A stretch of 64,000 nt of DNA from Harriotta raleighana. Taxonomy: Eukaryota. The position numbers and the translations under genes were made by a program. The notes below the pieces were generated by a model. That model searched no databases and was not told where the DNA came from. It saw only the letters and a program-made list of their open reading frames with translations. This document shows positions 24,965-36,414 of the stretch, piece after piece; position 1 is the stretch's first letter; every line of letters starts with the position of its first letter. The DNA is taken from the NCBI GenBank assembly GCA_050575255.1, contig JBNZDD010013709.1:5112788-5176787 (forward strand). The letters run 5' to 3'.

Positions 24965-25507
24965 ATTGTGTGCGGTTTTGGACTCCTTATTTAAGAAAAG
25001 ACATACTCATCTTAGAGGGGGTGCAACGTAGATGCACTAAGTTGGTTCCTGGAATGATGGGGTTGACATACGAGGATACGTTGAGTAAACTAGGCCTATA
25101 TTCTCTAGAATACAGAAGAATTAGAGGTGATCTGATAGAAACCTATAAGATTCTTAAGGGCCTCGACAGAGTACACTGTTTCTGCTGGCTGGAGAATCTA
25201 AAACTCGGGGTCATAGTCTCAAGATGAAGTGTCAGCCATTTCGAACAGAGTTGAGGAAACATTTCTTCTCTCAGAGTATCGTGAATTTATGGAATTCTCT
25301 ACCCCAGAAGGCTGTGGAAGCTCATTCTTTGCACGTATTCAAGACTGAGATAGATTGATAGCTTTCTAAAGGATAGAGGGATTAAAAGATATGGGGATAG
25401 GGCGGGTAAATAGAATTAGGTTAGAAGATTAGCCATGATCTTATTAAATAGCGGGGCAGGCTCAAGAGGCCAAATGGCCTCCTCCTGCTCCTATTTCTTA
25501 TGTTCTT
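24965..25507 (+). mobile_element. CR1 LINE 3' end (ORF2 C-terminus plus 3' UTR)
   Basis: FWTPYLRKDILILEGVQRRCTKLVPGM...LGLYSLEYRRIRGDLIETYKILKGLDRV; tail ggccaaatggcctcctcctgctcctatttcttatgttctta. Confidence 0.93.
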
Positions 25508-26247
25508 AAAATAAATAAAAGATTGTAGTTTTCACAGGAATGCTTAAGATAAAACTAGTGTAAATTTCTGTTCTTTTGAGGATCCTGACAATTGGGTGTA
25601 ACCCTTGGTGACCGTTAAACTAATAATCTCTGAGATGACTGTAGTATGGAACTGTATATTGTATGATGATTGCTATATTTAGTAATCAGGTTACAATAGA
25701 GCCCAGATTCTCCTCCACTATACAATACAATGAGGCACAGTGCTACTTTGTCTCTCTACTTTCACATCACTGCTCTGTCCCTTTACGTCACCTCTTAAAA
25801 TCTATCTGCTTCCATGCCTGTTATTCTTGCAATTCCCTCTCACCTCGTCTCACATTGTGCTCTTGTGGTTATCTTTCACTGGGTCTAATTTTCACCAGTT
25901 GCTCACAATAGAAATCTTTTCATTATTTCTTTATGTATAGGAAATCCTGTTATAACAAGAGGTAAAAAGGTGACTATTTTTAGCAACCAGCATGAGACAG
26001 ACCCCAATAAGTCCTGTCTGTGCTTTTCTACTCGCTTCTCTAACACTTTGTTCATTTTGTTTCCGAGTATCCTTCTCCACTTAGCATTCAAGTAAGTAAT
26101 CCTCAAGAGGGTTCAAATCAATAATAAAACTATTTTTAAATAGAATACGATTTAAAAAAAAACATTTCCCATTTACCTAGTGAGTGAAGCTGCTTCCCAG
26201 ATTATTACTGAACCATATAGATTAGAAAGCCAGCATAGTTGATTTTC

Positions 26248-26482
26248 AAAAACAAAACCAGAAATCTAATCACTTAGAAGGCCAGGCAGCATCTATGGTG
26301 AAAGAAAAGTGAGTCAATGCTTCAGATCCATGACCCTTCACCAGAACAGACGTCCATTCTGACTAAGGGTTGTGGACCTGAAACTTTGACTCACTTACCT
26401 TTCTCCATAGATGCTGGCTGACCATTTGAGTGTTAACAGCAATTTCTGTTTGTTTTTTATCTTCCAGCATCTGCAGGAATTT
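26248..26482. mobile_element. Penelope-like foldback (head-to-head inverted terminal repeats)
   Basis: Arms ~26248-26346 and ~26357-26458 are imperfect reverse complements (cagcatctatgg...aagtgagtca...acccttcaccagaa / ttctgactaagggt...tgactcactt...ccatagatgctg); same family as 23771. Confidence 0.75.
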
Positions 26483-26707
26483 TGAATTTTGTGAGGATTG
26501 ATATTCAGTCTGTGAGGTCAATAAATCTCAGTCAAGACAATGGTTATCGACACTATGATTTGTCTTTGCAGGGAAGGAAATGGCTCCTTATAACTAATAA
26601 TATATCTAATAATCTGGAGGTGTGCATGTGTACGTACATGTGTGTAAGGATGTTGAACAATAGGAATCAACTGTGCTGATTATAGTACTCACTTACACTC
26701 ATTTTGT

Positions 26708-27028
26708 GGAGTCTTGTAGCTCAGTGGTTAGAGCACTCGCCTTACAAGCGTGAGACCTGTGTTCAAATCCAGGCAGGTCAGGCCGAAATCTTGGGCACGT
26801 TTCCTTACTCCACACTCCTAATAATAATCCCTCAAAAAAAAAGGTTTGGTCATTTAAATCCATGACTTTTTGTAGGGCACTGCTGTGCGCAATTGGCTGC
26901 CGCATTTCGCCCACAAAAATATACACCAATTCACTTTACAGTATATTCTGTGAAGCGCTTTAAAACATCTAGAAGAGTGAAAAGCGCTATATCAAATGCA
27001 AGGATTATTATTATTATCATTATTATTA
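26708..27028 (+). mobile_element. Full-length tRNA-derived SINE (short subfamily)
   Basis: ggagtcttgtagctcagtggttagagcactcgccttacaagcgtgagacctgtgttcaaatcc...tgtgaagcgcttt...aaagcgctatatcaaatgcaaggattattatt. Confidence 0.93.
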
Positions 27029-27329
27029 CAAACAGCCTGTGAACACTTGCTGTGTAGACTAATAAGGTTACAAGTTTGATTTGGAGGAAGAGGCTCTGTT
27101 GGCCCATTTGATCTTCCGGAATGCTCAAGATTCCTATCACAAGATTGAGCTGTTTTATTTTAAAATAAGTCCAGTGTTGAATTGATCAAATGAATGTATT
27201 CTAGAAAGTTTTAAATGATTTTTTCCAGTGGATGATTTCGAGAATATTTCAAGTGATATAAGAACATGACTAAGTTACTACCCAGAGTATCATCAGTAAG
27301 CCCATTCATTGAAAGCAAAGGAAATCATA

Positions 27330-28110
27330 TAGGACCATAGGAAACCAGAAATAGGAAGAGGCTACATTGAGCCTGTTCCACCAATTTTTTAAAAGTTTTT
27401 GGAAGATCTATTAATCCCTTTGCACCATACCCTTTAATACCTTTACTATCAAGTTTCTATCTGTGGCTCATTTTAACATCTGAAATTATTTTGCCCCTAC
27501 ATCCTTCTGGGACAGGTATTCCGCATCTTCATAACACTTGTTTTAGTTTAAGGCTCTGCCACAATGTAATGAATCCCTCTATCAAATGGAAGAATCATTC
27601 ACTATCTAACCTGTCAATTCATTGCATTATTTTTAATGAAATCACCCCTTAACTCCCTCTGCTCTAGGGAATGAAAACGCAGTTCATCCAGTGTCTCATC
27701 ATAGCTAACCCTTTCATCCCAGGTATTAATCTAGTCAACCATCACTGGACAACAATAACAACTTTGATTTATATAGCACCCTCCACACTGGACAGCATCT
27801 ATGAGCACTTCACAATAACGGATCCCGAGCCCGAGCCATAGGCAGGGTGAAAAGGTGACTGAAGGCGCGGTCAAAAAGAAATGTCTTTAGCCGAGACCTG
27901 AAACTAGGAAGAGAGGGGGCCGAGGCGAAGGGAGTGAGGTAGGGATTTCCAAACACCATCTAAGAATATTTTATATCCTTCATAAGACTGCGTGCCTAAA
28001 ACCGAACACAATATTCCAAATGGATTCTTACCAGAGCTCCATATAACTGGAGAAGCAACTCTTTGCTATTAAATTCCAAACCACTTGCATTCAATTTGCC
28101 CTATTGATTG
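27330..28110 (-). mobile_element. Decayed CR1 3' fragment interrupted by L2
   Basis: cataggaaaccagaaatagg...gagcctgttccacc...ccaggtattaatctagtcaacc [L2] ...tatatccttc...aaaaccgaacacaatattcc. Confidence 0.75.
27750..27950 (-). mobile_element. L2 3' end (same family as 9917)
   Basis: aacaataacaactttgatttatatagcaccctccacactggacagcatc...gaggcgaagggagtgagg parallels 9917-10110. Confidence 0.85.
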
Positions 28111-28794
28111 CTTCTTGTAGATTAGATTTTAATATATACTTGTTTTGTTGGTAACTAACAAAACTAGAAGCATTTATTCACTTGCCATCCTATGAATCGT
28201 GCTATTCCTGAGGAGTTATCACATGCCAAAATGTAAATATTTGTCGGTACGGTAGGTAAGTATATTAAAGCCTCAAACTTTAATCTAATTTTAGACAACA
28301 AGAACATTTTGTGTTAAACTTTAAGATTATCCAGAACTATAGAAAATTGATAAATTCAGTCACTTCAAGCCATTTTTCTGCCGTTCATAAATAAGAAATT
28401 GTTTCCAAATTAAGGCTGAATGGATGAATTTTCTACAATTCCATGTGACTCTAAATTTTAAGACAAAATAGCATTACAGGCTACGATTAGTTAGAATTTG
28501 GAGCCTTACGTTTTCCTGTTAACATTGTCTGACTGTACTTATCCATTACTGCATTCTTCGTGATTAATGGTAAGAATAGTTATACGAATGTAAACTATAT
28601 TACTCTTACTTACGGTTACTATTTCACGAATACATGTGATATCAAAACACTCTTTTGTTTGTTAAATCTTTTGTGTTACATTGCTATGGTAACAAGTTTA
28701 GTGCCTATTGAAAGCTCCTCTTTGTAACTATCCAATGAGCTCCAGAGTTTACTGCATGCAATACTTGTCACCACAACAGAAGGAGGCTAGATGA

Positions 28795-29120
28795 AGAAGG
28801 CCCTAAAAGCAGTACAGAGGAGAGTAACAAGGATGACCCCCAGTATTAGAGGAATGAGCTACAAGCAAAGATTAGACAAGCTAGGGCTCTTCATTCTTGA
28901 GATGAGGAGACCCCAATAACAATAACTTGCATTTATATCGCGCTCTTCACGCCGGACAGCATCTTGACCTCAGAGCGGTGTATTAAGTTTAAAATTAGAT
29001 TTAAAAAGTAAACCCAGATGCGTTTAGGATTCATCAAGAGAGTAGAGCAAGGGAACGTATGTTTAGAGTTGTAAAGGGCAATTTCAGGAGAGATACCAAG
29101 AAGTTTTTCTTTACACAGAG
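28795..29120 (+). mobile_element. CR1 ORF2 C-terminal fragment with an L2 tail insert (~28915-28967, minus)
   Basis: AVQRRVTRMTPSIRGMSYKQRLDKLGLFILEMRR ... FRVVKGNFRRDTKKFFFTQ. Confidence 0.8.
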
Positions 29121-29438
29121 CCCTATCCCTGGCCCTCTCATTTCCACAACTGTTTGTGGGATACTGCTGTGCTCAATTTGGCTGCCGCGTTTCGCCCACA
29201 AATATACAGTCAATTTTCCTACTCCTTCCCACTACCACGACCCCTCCCCCACTGCTCTGGCCCCTACCCTTTTCCCGCCTTTCTTCCCTCTTTTTTCTCC
29301 TTACCCTGACCCCCACCACCCTCACCTGCTCTGGTCCCTACCTTGGGACGTTGTCGTATTCTGTAAAGTGCTTTGGGATGTTGATAAGATGTGGAAAGCG
29401 CTATATAAATCTAACTATTATTATTATAATATTATTAT
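29121..29438 (+). mobile_element. Chimeric retro-element 3' end: pyrimidine tract + Deu segment + pyrimidine tract + L2-type tail
   Basis: atccctggccctctcatttccacaactgtttgtgggatactgctgtgc...aaatatacagtcaattttcct...ccttgggacg...aaagcgctatataaat; sister copy at 53517-53780. Confidence 0.75.
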
Positions 29439-29439
29439 T

Positions 29440-29703
29440 CAATTCCTGGCAAGACTAAACCTTAGCAAGTTTCCTTAATCCACACGCCTGATAATAATCC
29501 CTCAAGAAGAAAAAATCAATAAGTAAAATCAGTCACTTCAATCCATAACTGTTGTGGGACACTGCTGCGCACAATTGGCCCACATGTTTCACCCACAAAT
29601 AGGCAATCAATTTACTTTACAGAATATTAGATGAAGCGCTTTGAGACATCTCAAAGACATGGAAAGCGCTACATCAAACACAAGTGTTATTATTATTTAT
29701 TAT
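29440..29703 (+). mobile_element. 5'-truncated tRNA-SINE
   Basis: aaaccttagcaagtttccttaatccacacgcctgataataatccctc...gaagcgctttgagacatctc...tattattattt. Confidence 0.85.
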
Positions 29704-31509
29704 GATCAAAGACTGGATCAAGTCACCAGAAGTGATCGTAGAAGTCAAATCATTGAACTCATTTCAAAATTAATTTGGTGCAATAGTGTGGTAGAGTTGG
29801 TGTTCTGGAGGAATGAGATCGGTTTGATCGAAGGGCCTTTGTCATCCAGACAAATCCCGTGGTGTGTAATAGTTGGAGGGATTCTGCCTCCTGTTGACTA
29901 GAAAATAAAGCAGCATTTCAAGTCAGGACCCGCAGCCTTGTTTCCTGAATGTATGGCTGGAACGTGCTACAAATGCAATGGGCTGTGAAAATGGAGAAAA
30001 AGAGGGGAAGAACAACTAATAACAAGCCCCACTGTTAGCAGACACAGCAGAAACAGACAAAATAGTTTCCCTTTCTACTTTAATCACATCTGTAGATAGT
30101 CACAAGAGTGTTCATTCCCCTCTGTGTAAAGTGCACTATAATTACAGGATATGTTACATTTTCTTCACAGTCTATGATAATGGCTGTTTTGTGGCCGTAA
30201 TGCTCGGTGCAGCACCTCACTCTGCTCTGCCACCAGCATAATGGAAACCAGATGTTGTTTTAGCTAATAAGGATCAATTGAGCTCTCATCTGGCCTCTGG
30301 CAGAACAAACTGTTTGCTTTGAGAAGACATGTAAAATAGTGGTAAGTTTGTAGGCTTGTGCATGGATACTCCTTGAGTATGAGATAAATTACTGGGATTC
30401 TTAAAACATAAAATGAGGAAGTGGGGAAGCAAAGCAATCTGACTGTAACAAGCAACAGAAAGTGCTGGTCCTGAGTCTTATCTTCTTTGTGCTAATTGAA
30501 GTTGAAGTTGCAGCCAAACATTTTTTTGTCCAGAGGATAACTCAGTGAATGATTTAATCCGTTTGAGAATGGAGTGGTTGGTTCTCTTTTTTTCTCCATT
30601 AATTGCCACCAAAGTCCTTAAAAGCTTCTCAGAAACCTTCACGTCCTCTCAACGGAGAAGCTTTTGGTTTTACAGCTCTGACTGTGGCAGCTCAGTGTCA
30701 GAAGTACCAGGGTTACATGTTCAGGCCAAGTATTATTTATAACATTACATGGCCGGAAGCAGATCCTAAACAACCCTCTGTCCACCAACTCCTCTCCCCA
30801 CAGCACCAGATACACATATACACATGCCCCAACACTGTGCTGAATGGCAAAGTCTGAGTCACTCTTCTTTTCAAAAAGGCGACACAAACATAATGGGCCG
30901 AATGGCCGCCATCTGTGCTGTATAAATCTATAAAGCTGGGATTTCTATAGAGTTGAATTTCTGGCTCGTATATTGCACACTTTGACTGTTGGTTCACGGG
31001 CTATCAACTTTCCAACAGGCAAAAGAAAAATGAAAAGCTGCTTTCCCACTAACTGGCAGTCAAAGGCTGTGATCCGTGAGCCATGTTTCCAATGACTGCC
31101 TAAGCAACTCAATGGAATGGGTTGGTGGACATGTGGCAGGGAGTGAGGGAATTTAGAGTGATATGTATATCTCTTATGTACCTGTTGTATTGTCAATCAA
31201 GATACTACCCCACATGAAGGGCGCTATGTAAATGCAAGTTGTTCTTGTTTTGTTATTGCGTTCTAGATCCCCAAAATTTTAAATATGAAGGAAATGTGAA
31301 TTTGAGAAAGCGTCCTACTCATTTGCTGAGATAAATGTGATATGGACTCCAAACATGAACCCAATATCTTTTAGTCCCAGTTAGAACTGCATAGCTAAAA
31401 GCTTGTTCATTCATTGTACAGTAATCATTATGTTAAAAGGTTTTTTTCTCAGCAATTTTCTCCCCCACCCTTCCAGAAAATAAATGGTCTAATTTTTTTC
31501 CTTCTGTGG

Positions 31510-31615
31510 TATGAGGTATGGGATTTTAGAGCAGGGCAGTGAGATTAAAATAATAACTTGTTCTGAGAGCTAGTGCAGACTCGGTGGGTCTGAATGGCCT
31601 CCTTCTGTGCTGTAA
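31510..31615 (+). mobile_element. CR1 tail
   Basis: gagagctagtgcagactcggtgggtctgaatggcctccttctgtgctgtaa. Confidence 0.7.
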
Positions 31616-31954
31616 GTAAATTTCTATTAGTCTAACTGTGAGCTTCTAGTATTTTGCCTATCTGGCCACCATTGATGAGCCTTTACAGTGAGACTCTCAG
31701 CCAACTATTCAGCTTGGGAGTGAATTATGACACCAGAGCTTGCAGATTCCTGTGCTCACTTCCAATATCCACTCACCTGTCATTTCTATCAGGAATCACT
31801 GGATGGCGATTAGAAGCCACACTCCAAGCTGATTTCTCACCTTTACTTACTAGAGTGCTGCAATTGTATTGTCCCAGCTATCCTGTTCAAGATCCACTAA
31901 TTCCATGTAGCCTGGATATTAAATTCTTCAAAATTTCTTCAAAAATATGTAATA

Positions 31955-32125
31955 TTGATCACTCAATCCACGATTGTTTGTGGGACGCTGCTGTGCGCAA
32001 TTGGCTGCCGTGTTTCACCCCCAAAATATACATACAATTCACTTCACAATATATTTTGGGAAGCACTTTGAGACATCTCAAAGACGTTATAGGATGCTAT
32101 AAAATGCAAGGATTATTATTGTTAT
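31955..32125 (+). mobile_element. SINE 3' half
   Basis: tcaatccacgattgtttgtgggacgctgctgtgcgcaattggctgccg...atgcaaggattattatt. Confidence 0.85.
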
Positions 32126-33637
32126 AAATATGAGATTTCCTAGACTATGCAGCTCAGCTACCCACCATTACAGTTGCTGATATCCTAATGACAACACTCT
32201 TTGCAGTAGCATTTCTGCTTAACATCAAAATAGGAGCCATATAGGAGTTGAATTTTCTATTATCTGGAGTGCAGGCTAAGTGTTCTGTCTCCTGACTGCA
32301 TCCAGTAATTCTGATAAAAACATGCAGCTGATCTGCCAACATAATTGTTCTTTTTGGAAAAGAATCCTACCTAATGGCAGTCAATGGTAATGATCCCATG
32401 CTGGATCATTCGCATGCTCCTTCAGACTTCATTGTATCCAGGACTGAGATTTTGCAGAAGTCACAATCAGACAAAAAAAAGGAACGATAGAATTAATTTG
32501 TCAAACCACTCGATTGCTGAAACCCGTAGCATTTTGCCCAATTTATTTTTCCATTTCATGAAATTCAGCAGCATCCTGGGATGGCTTGGCTACACGAGTT
32601 TAGTTTCTTGGCAGACAATCCATTTATTTATCAAGTCCGAAATGAATTACAGAACACAGTAAAGAGACATAAAACTTAGCCCGCACCCTAGATAATAGAC
32701 AATTCAAATCTTACATGGTTTTCCTTTTGACACAATGCAGAAGTGCTACTGAAATCTGAGAACAGAAGAGTCTTGTCATTAGGATTTCAATAAGCGGCAA
32801 TGGTGGGAATGTGTTCTCATTCTATGTCCACTTAGACTGCAAACAAAGTCAGGAATACAGCTAAGGGTTATGTCTCTCCAAATGTGTGTCTGGAGAAAGC
32901 ACATTGAGCTTTAATAAGGCTCGGTTGCCATTCTGGTAAATTCAGATTTGTTTATGATCCTGGTAGTGGAAGCATTCTGAGGTGACAGATTAACCCTTAT
33001 GAAGCCAGCAACTCTTGAACACTCTTGCCTTTTTCATGGAACAGGTTTCAACTGACTGGAAACTGCTCTAATGTTTGGTTTCCCAGTTAATCCAAAACCC
33101 AGACAAGAGTGATTGAGTTGCAGGCATGTCTCTGCCACATATATAACATGTTCAAACCCGAACCTGAGCAATAGACAAATTAAATAGTAGCTTTATGGAT
33201 TTTCAGGGGTTAAAAGTTTCCACAAGAATAACATTTTTGTTATTGTTGTTGTTATTAATAAGAAGTTTAATCTGCCACAGCATTAAAGCATGTCATTCAG
33301 AATAATTTCTGCTCTTATATGTCAGTATAACTTTAGTGCAGTATAACTACAACTGTGAGCTTAAGACATTGAGAAAATAATACAGTTTATTTGTCCATCC
33401 TGTCATACAATGCCAATATTGTAAAGGTATATTATCAAAATACTGTGAATATTTCCGTGCCTAATTTCAGCACATCTGTTGAGAGGTGAAGTTGTGTGGT
33501 GATGAATATTGAAATCTGCTAACATTAAATACTGTACTATGGCACTAATTCATTAATGTGTAGTAGGTCTTGGCAAATAATTGAACAAATAACTACACAC
33601 CAGGGAGGCATTACAATGAAAATACAGAAAATGTCAA

Positions 33638-33988
33638 AATAATAATAATAATCCTTGCTTTCATATAGTGCCTTTCAGATCTTTGCGATGCCTCAAAGTG
33701 CTTCACAGGATATACTGTAAACTGAATTGACTGTATACTGACTTTGTAGGCAAAATGCAGCAGCCAATTGCACACATCAGCGTCCCACAAACAATTATTT
33801 GATTGAATAACCACCAGTCCAGAAAATCAATCCGCCAATCGACTAACAACTGGGTTCCTACTTACTGCTGGATAAGAAGAGGCATGTGGATTAAGGAAAT
33901 TTGCCCAACATTTCACCCTGCCGGGAATCGAACCCAGGTCTCTTACTTGCCAGGCAAGTGCTCTAACCACTGAGTTGCAGGATTTCCG
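33638..33988 (-). mobile_element. tRNA-derived SINE, long subfamily with extra CORE-like segment
   Basis: Reverse complement contains gcctcttcttatccagcagtaagtaggaacccagttgttagtcgattggcgga after tttccttaatccacat; this segment is shared with the 43498 copy. Confidence 0.88.
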
Positions 33989-35209
33989 ATAATATCCTTT
34001 AATTTACAAAAACTATCTTTATATACACACTATCCCATTATTCTAATGTACCTAAACTGTACCTTTGCAATTAAACAACATGTTATTTTCCAGTCAACAT
34101 TATTCTTGGATTTTTGTGATACCAAACATTTAATCTCTATCACTAACCCCTTGACTATTCATGCCTTTAAAATAAAATTCCAAACATGATGTGCAGAAAC
34201 TCAGCTCGTCCAAACACTGTTGCACAGACCATTCAAAAGACAACAGCACATTATTCAGAGAATTGTTCTTATATTTCTTGACCAGATCCAGTCTTCAAAT
34301 TTGTGAGAGAGATGCGTTTCCCTCTCATTTGACATATTTGGCATTCTACATAGATTCCCATTTGAGACTATTGCACATTGTTTTTATCTCAAACAAAATG
34401 ATACTTGTCAAAGTCATTTGGATTTTCATTCCCAATTCAAATCACCCTTTACTGTCTCTCTGATTGGGCTTGACAATCTGATGTTAATTGTTGCAGACCT
34501 GGGGCCATTTTTGCTGTGAGTTCACAACCAAACTGGCTTGTGACTGTCCAAACATATTGCACACAGCAATCTTACAGCTGGCAACTGGATGGCACTGTCA
34601 TTTCATCATTCTGGGCTGTTCTTTGACACAGGTCAAAGGACAAGGTTGCCATCCAGTCCCCCGGAAGCGTGTTTTATACAGTATCTTTATTGTAGAAAGA
34701 AGCCTTTGGGAATTTTCTGCTAGACCAGGGCGAGTAGTAAATCAGGGAATGTTACAGTGAGGGGTCAATGAATATAATTCACCCGTACACTTTTAGAATT
34801 TACATCGCAAAATCACAGCAACACCCAGAAGTGCCAGATTGTCAAAGAATAACTACACATATCCCAAAAAGAAAAACCCTAACCTTTACATTTGGTTAAT
34901 TTGTTGAGAATCAGACTTCAAAATCGTGAACAAACAAAACCATTGAAATTTCTTGGGAAAGGTTGAGTCCCCAACAGAACTTGAGCTTGAAATCTAAAAT
35001 AAAAGTAACTCTCTCCACTCCCCCACACCCCCAACACACACAAACACACATACTCACACACACTCACACACAGCATCACTTTTTTTCTGTAGAATTTGTA
35101 CTAAATTTGCCATCTGGTGCCCTTCACAAGCAGGTTCTATTCAAGAGAAAGTCACCATATGCACGCAGTAAGAATTTGAAAAAGTGTAAAACAAGTCTAC
35201 ACTACATTT

Positions 35210-36240
35210 CCTGGGCTATTAATTTTGCTTGTAAAAGGAGGAGCTTTCTTACCAATAGTACATCATGAAATTGAGTACGGTATCATTGCTGTGCATTTAT
35301 AATGCACAATTACTGACAAGAACAGCAATGATCAATTGAAAATTAGATTATGCTTATTTCATCAAGTTAATGAGATGAAAATTAAACTGCAGTTTGGCAC
35401 CTAACAAGCATGGCCTGATACTTTATTTATTAATGGTAGGGGACTTGCAATTTAGTTGATTTCTGCGTAGTAAATAATTTAGCACTGAGTTGTGGTAACA
35501 GATGCAAAACTAAATATATATTTTCTGGAGATCATGATGTCGCGAAATAAGGAAGGAAGTGAGTGGATCGAAACAGAAATATATCAGAATTTTGCAGAGG
35601 AAAAGGTTATGGGCTAGTGCATAAAACACAGCTGGGGGCCCCAGACGCCTCATAAAGTTTAATAGGGAAACACAAATGTCCAATGAATCCAGCTGTATAC
35701 TTTCAGCAGGATCTATCAAGACATGCAGGAATTCAGAGAGGAATCTCCTGCCCGGCTGTGAGTGGACTTTGTCATGTCTGCACTGTTGTCATCTCAGTGA
35801 TAGAGCCCAATCATCTATTGTTTGTACTTTTCAATCACTTTTATTTGTCTTAGCGCACCAACCAGGCAAATAATAGTGACACTTTGTTTACTCTATAGCT
35901 TTCACTGCAGAGCATTAAAAATCATTGGAAACCTCCTCTCAGTTGTTCCAATAAGCGATAGCCAGCAGTGACACTGAGTTACGGCCACTCCTCCACAAGC
36001 TAATATGTTTATATACTGTCAGGGATGCCTGACAGATTTTAACTCTCCAACACAATCAGTTGATAATGAAGCTACCATCAGATAAGTGACAATAATAAAC
36101 GGCTGCGATTTGTTTTCTGCTGATGAGATGAGTTGGTGGTCTGCCCTCGTATGGTATGGTTTGGACAAATTATAGACTCTACCATTTGTTTGAGAATGGT
36201 TGAGAGCAATTTGGGGACAAATTAAATGCGTAAAATAAGC
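35210..36240. promoter_or_regulatory. Candidate enhancer block(s)
   Basis: About 1 kb with no recognisable TE; many TAAT/ATTA cores, GTAAATA, CATAAA, AGGAAG, TGACAG and CAGATAAG motifs and retained CpGs. Confidence 0.3.
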
Positions 36241-36414
36241 CATTTTTACATTTTATTATTACATTTGTCAGAAATATAATTATGTTTGCCTATTAATCTT
36301 TAGTATAAGTCAACATATCAGGATCTAATTTGTTGTTTTTTAAACAAATTTCTTAATGAGAAATGCGTATTTATTGAATCGATTTAGGCCTCACCCTGGA
36401 ACAGTCAGTAACAC

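Noticed and set aside
26708-26775. tRNA-like sequence with anticodon arm CTCGC-CTTACAA-GCG(A/T)G (TAC), also at 21250, 40352, 45332 and 52979
   Set aside because: These are SINE heads: no acceptor stem, and they run straight into SINE body and tail
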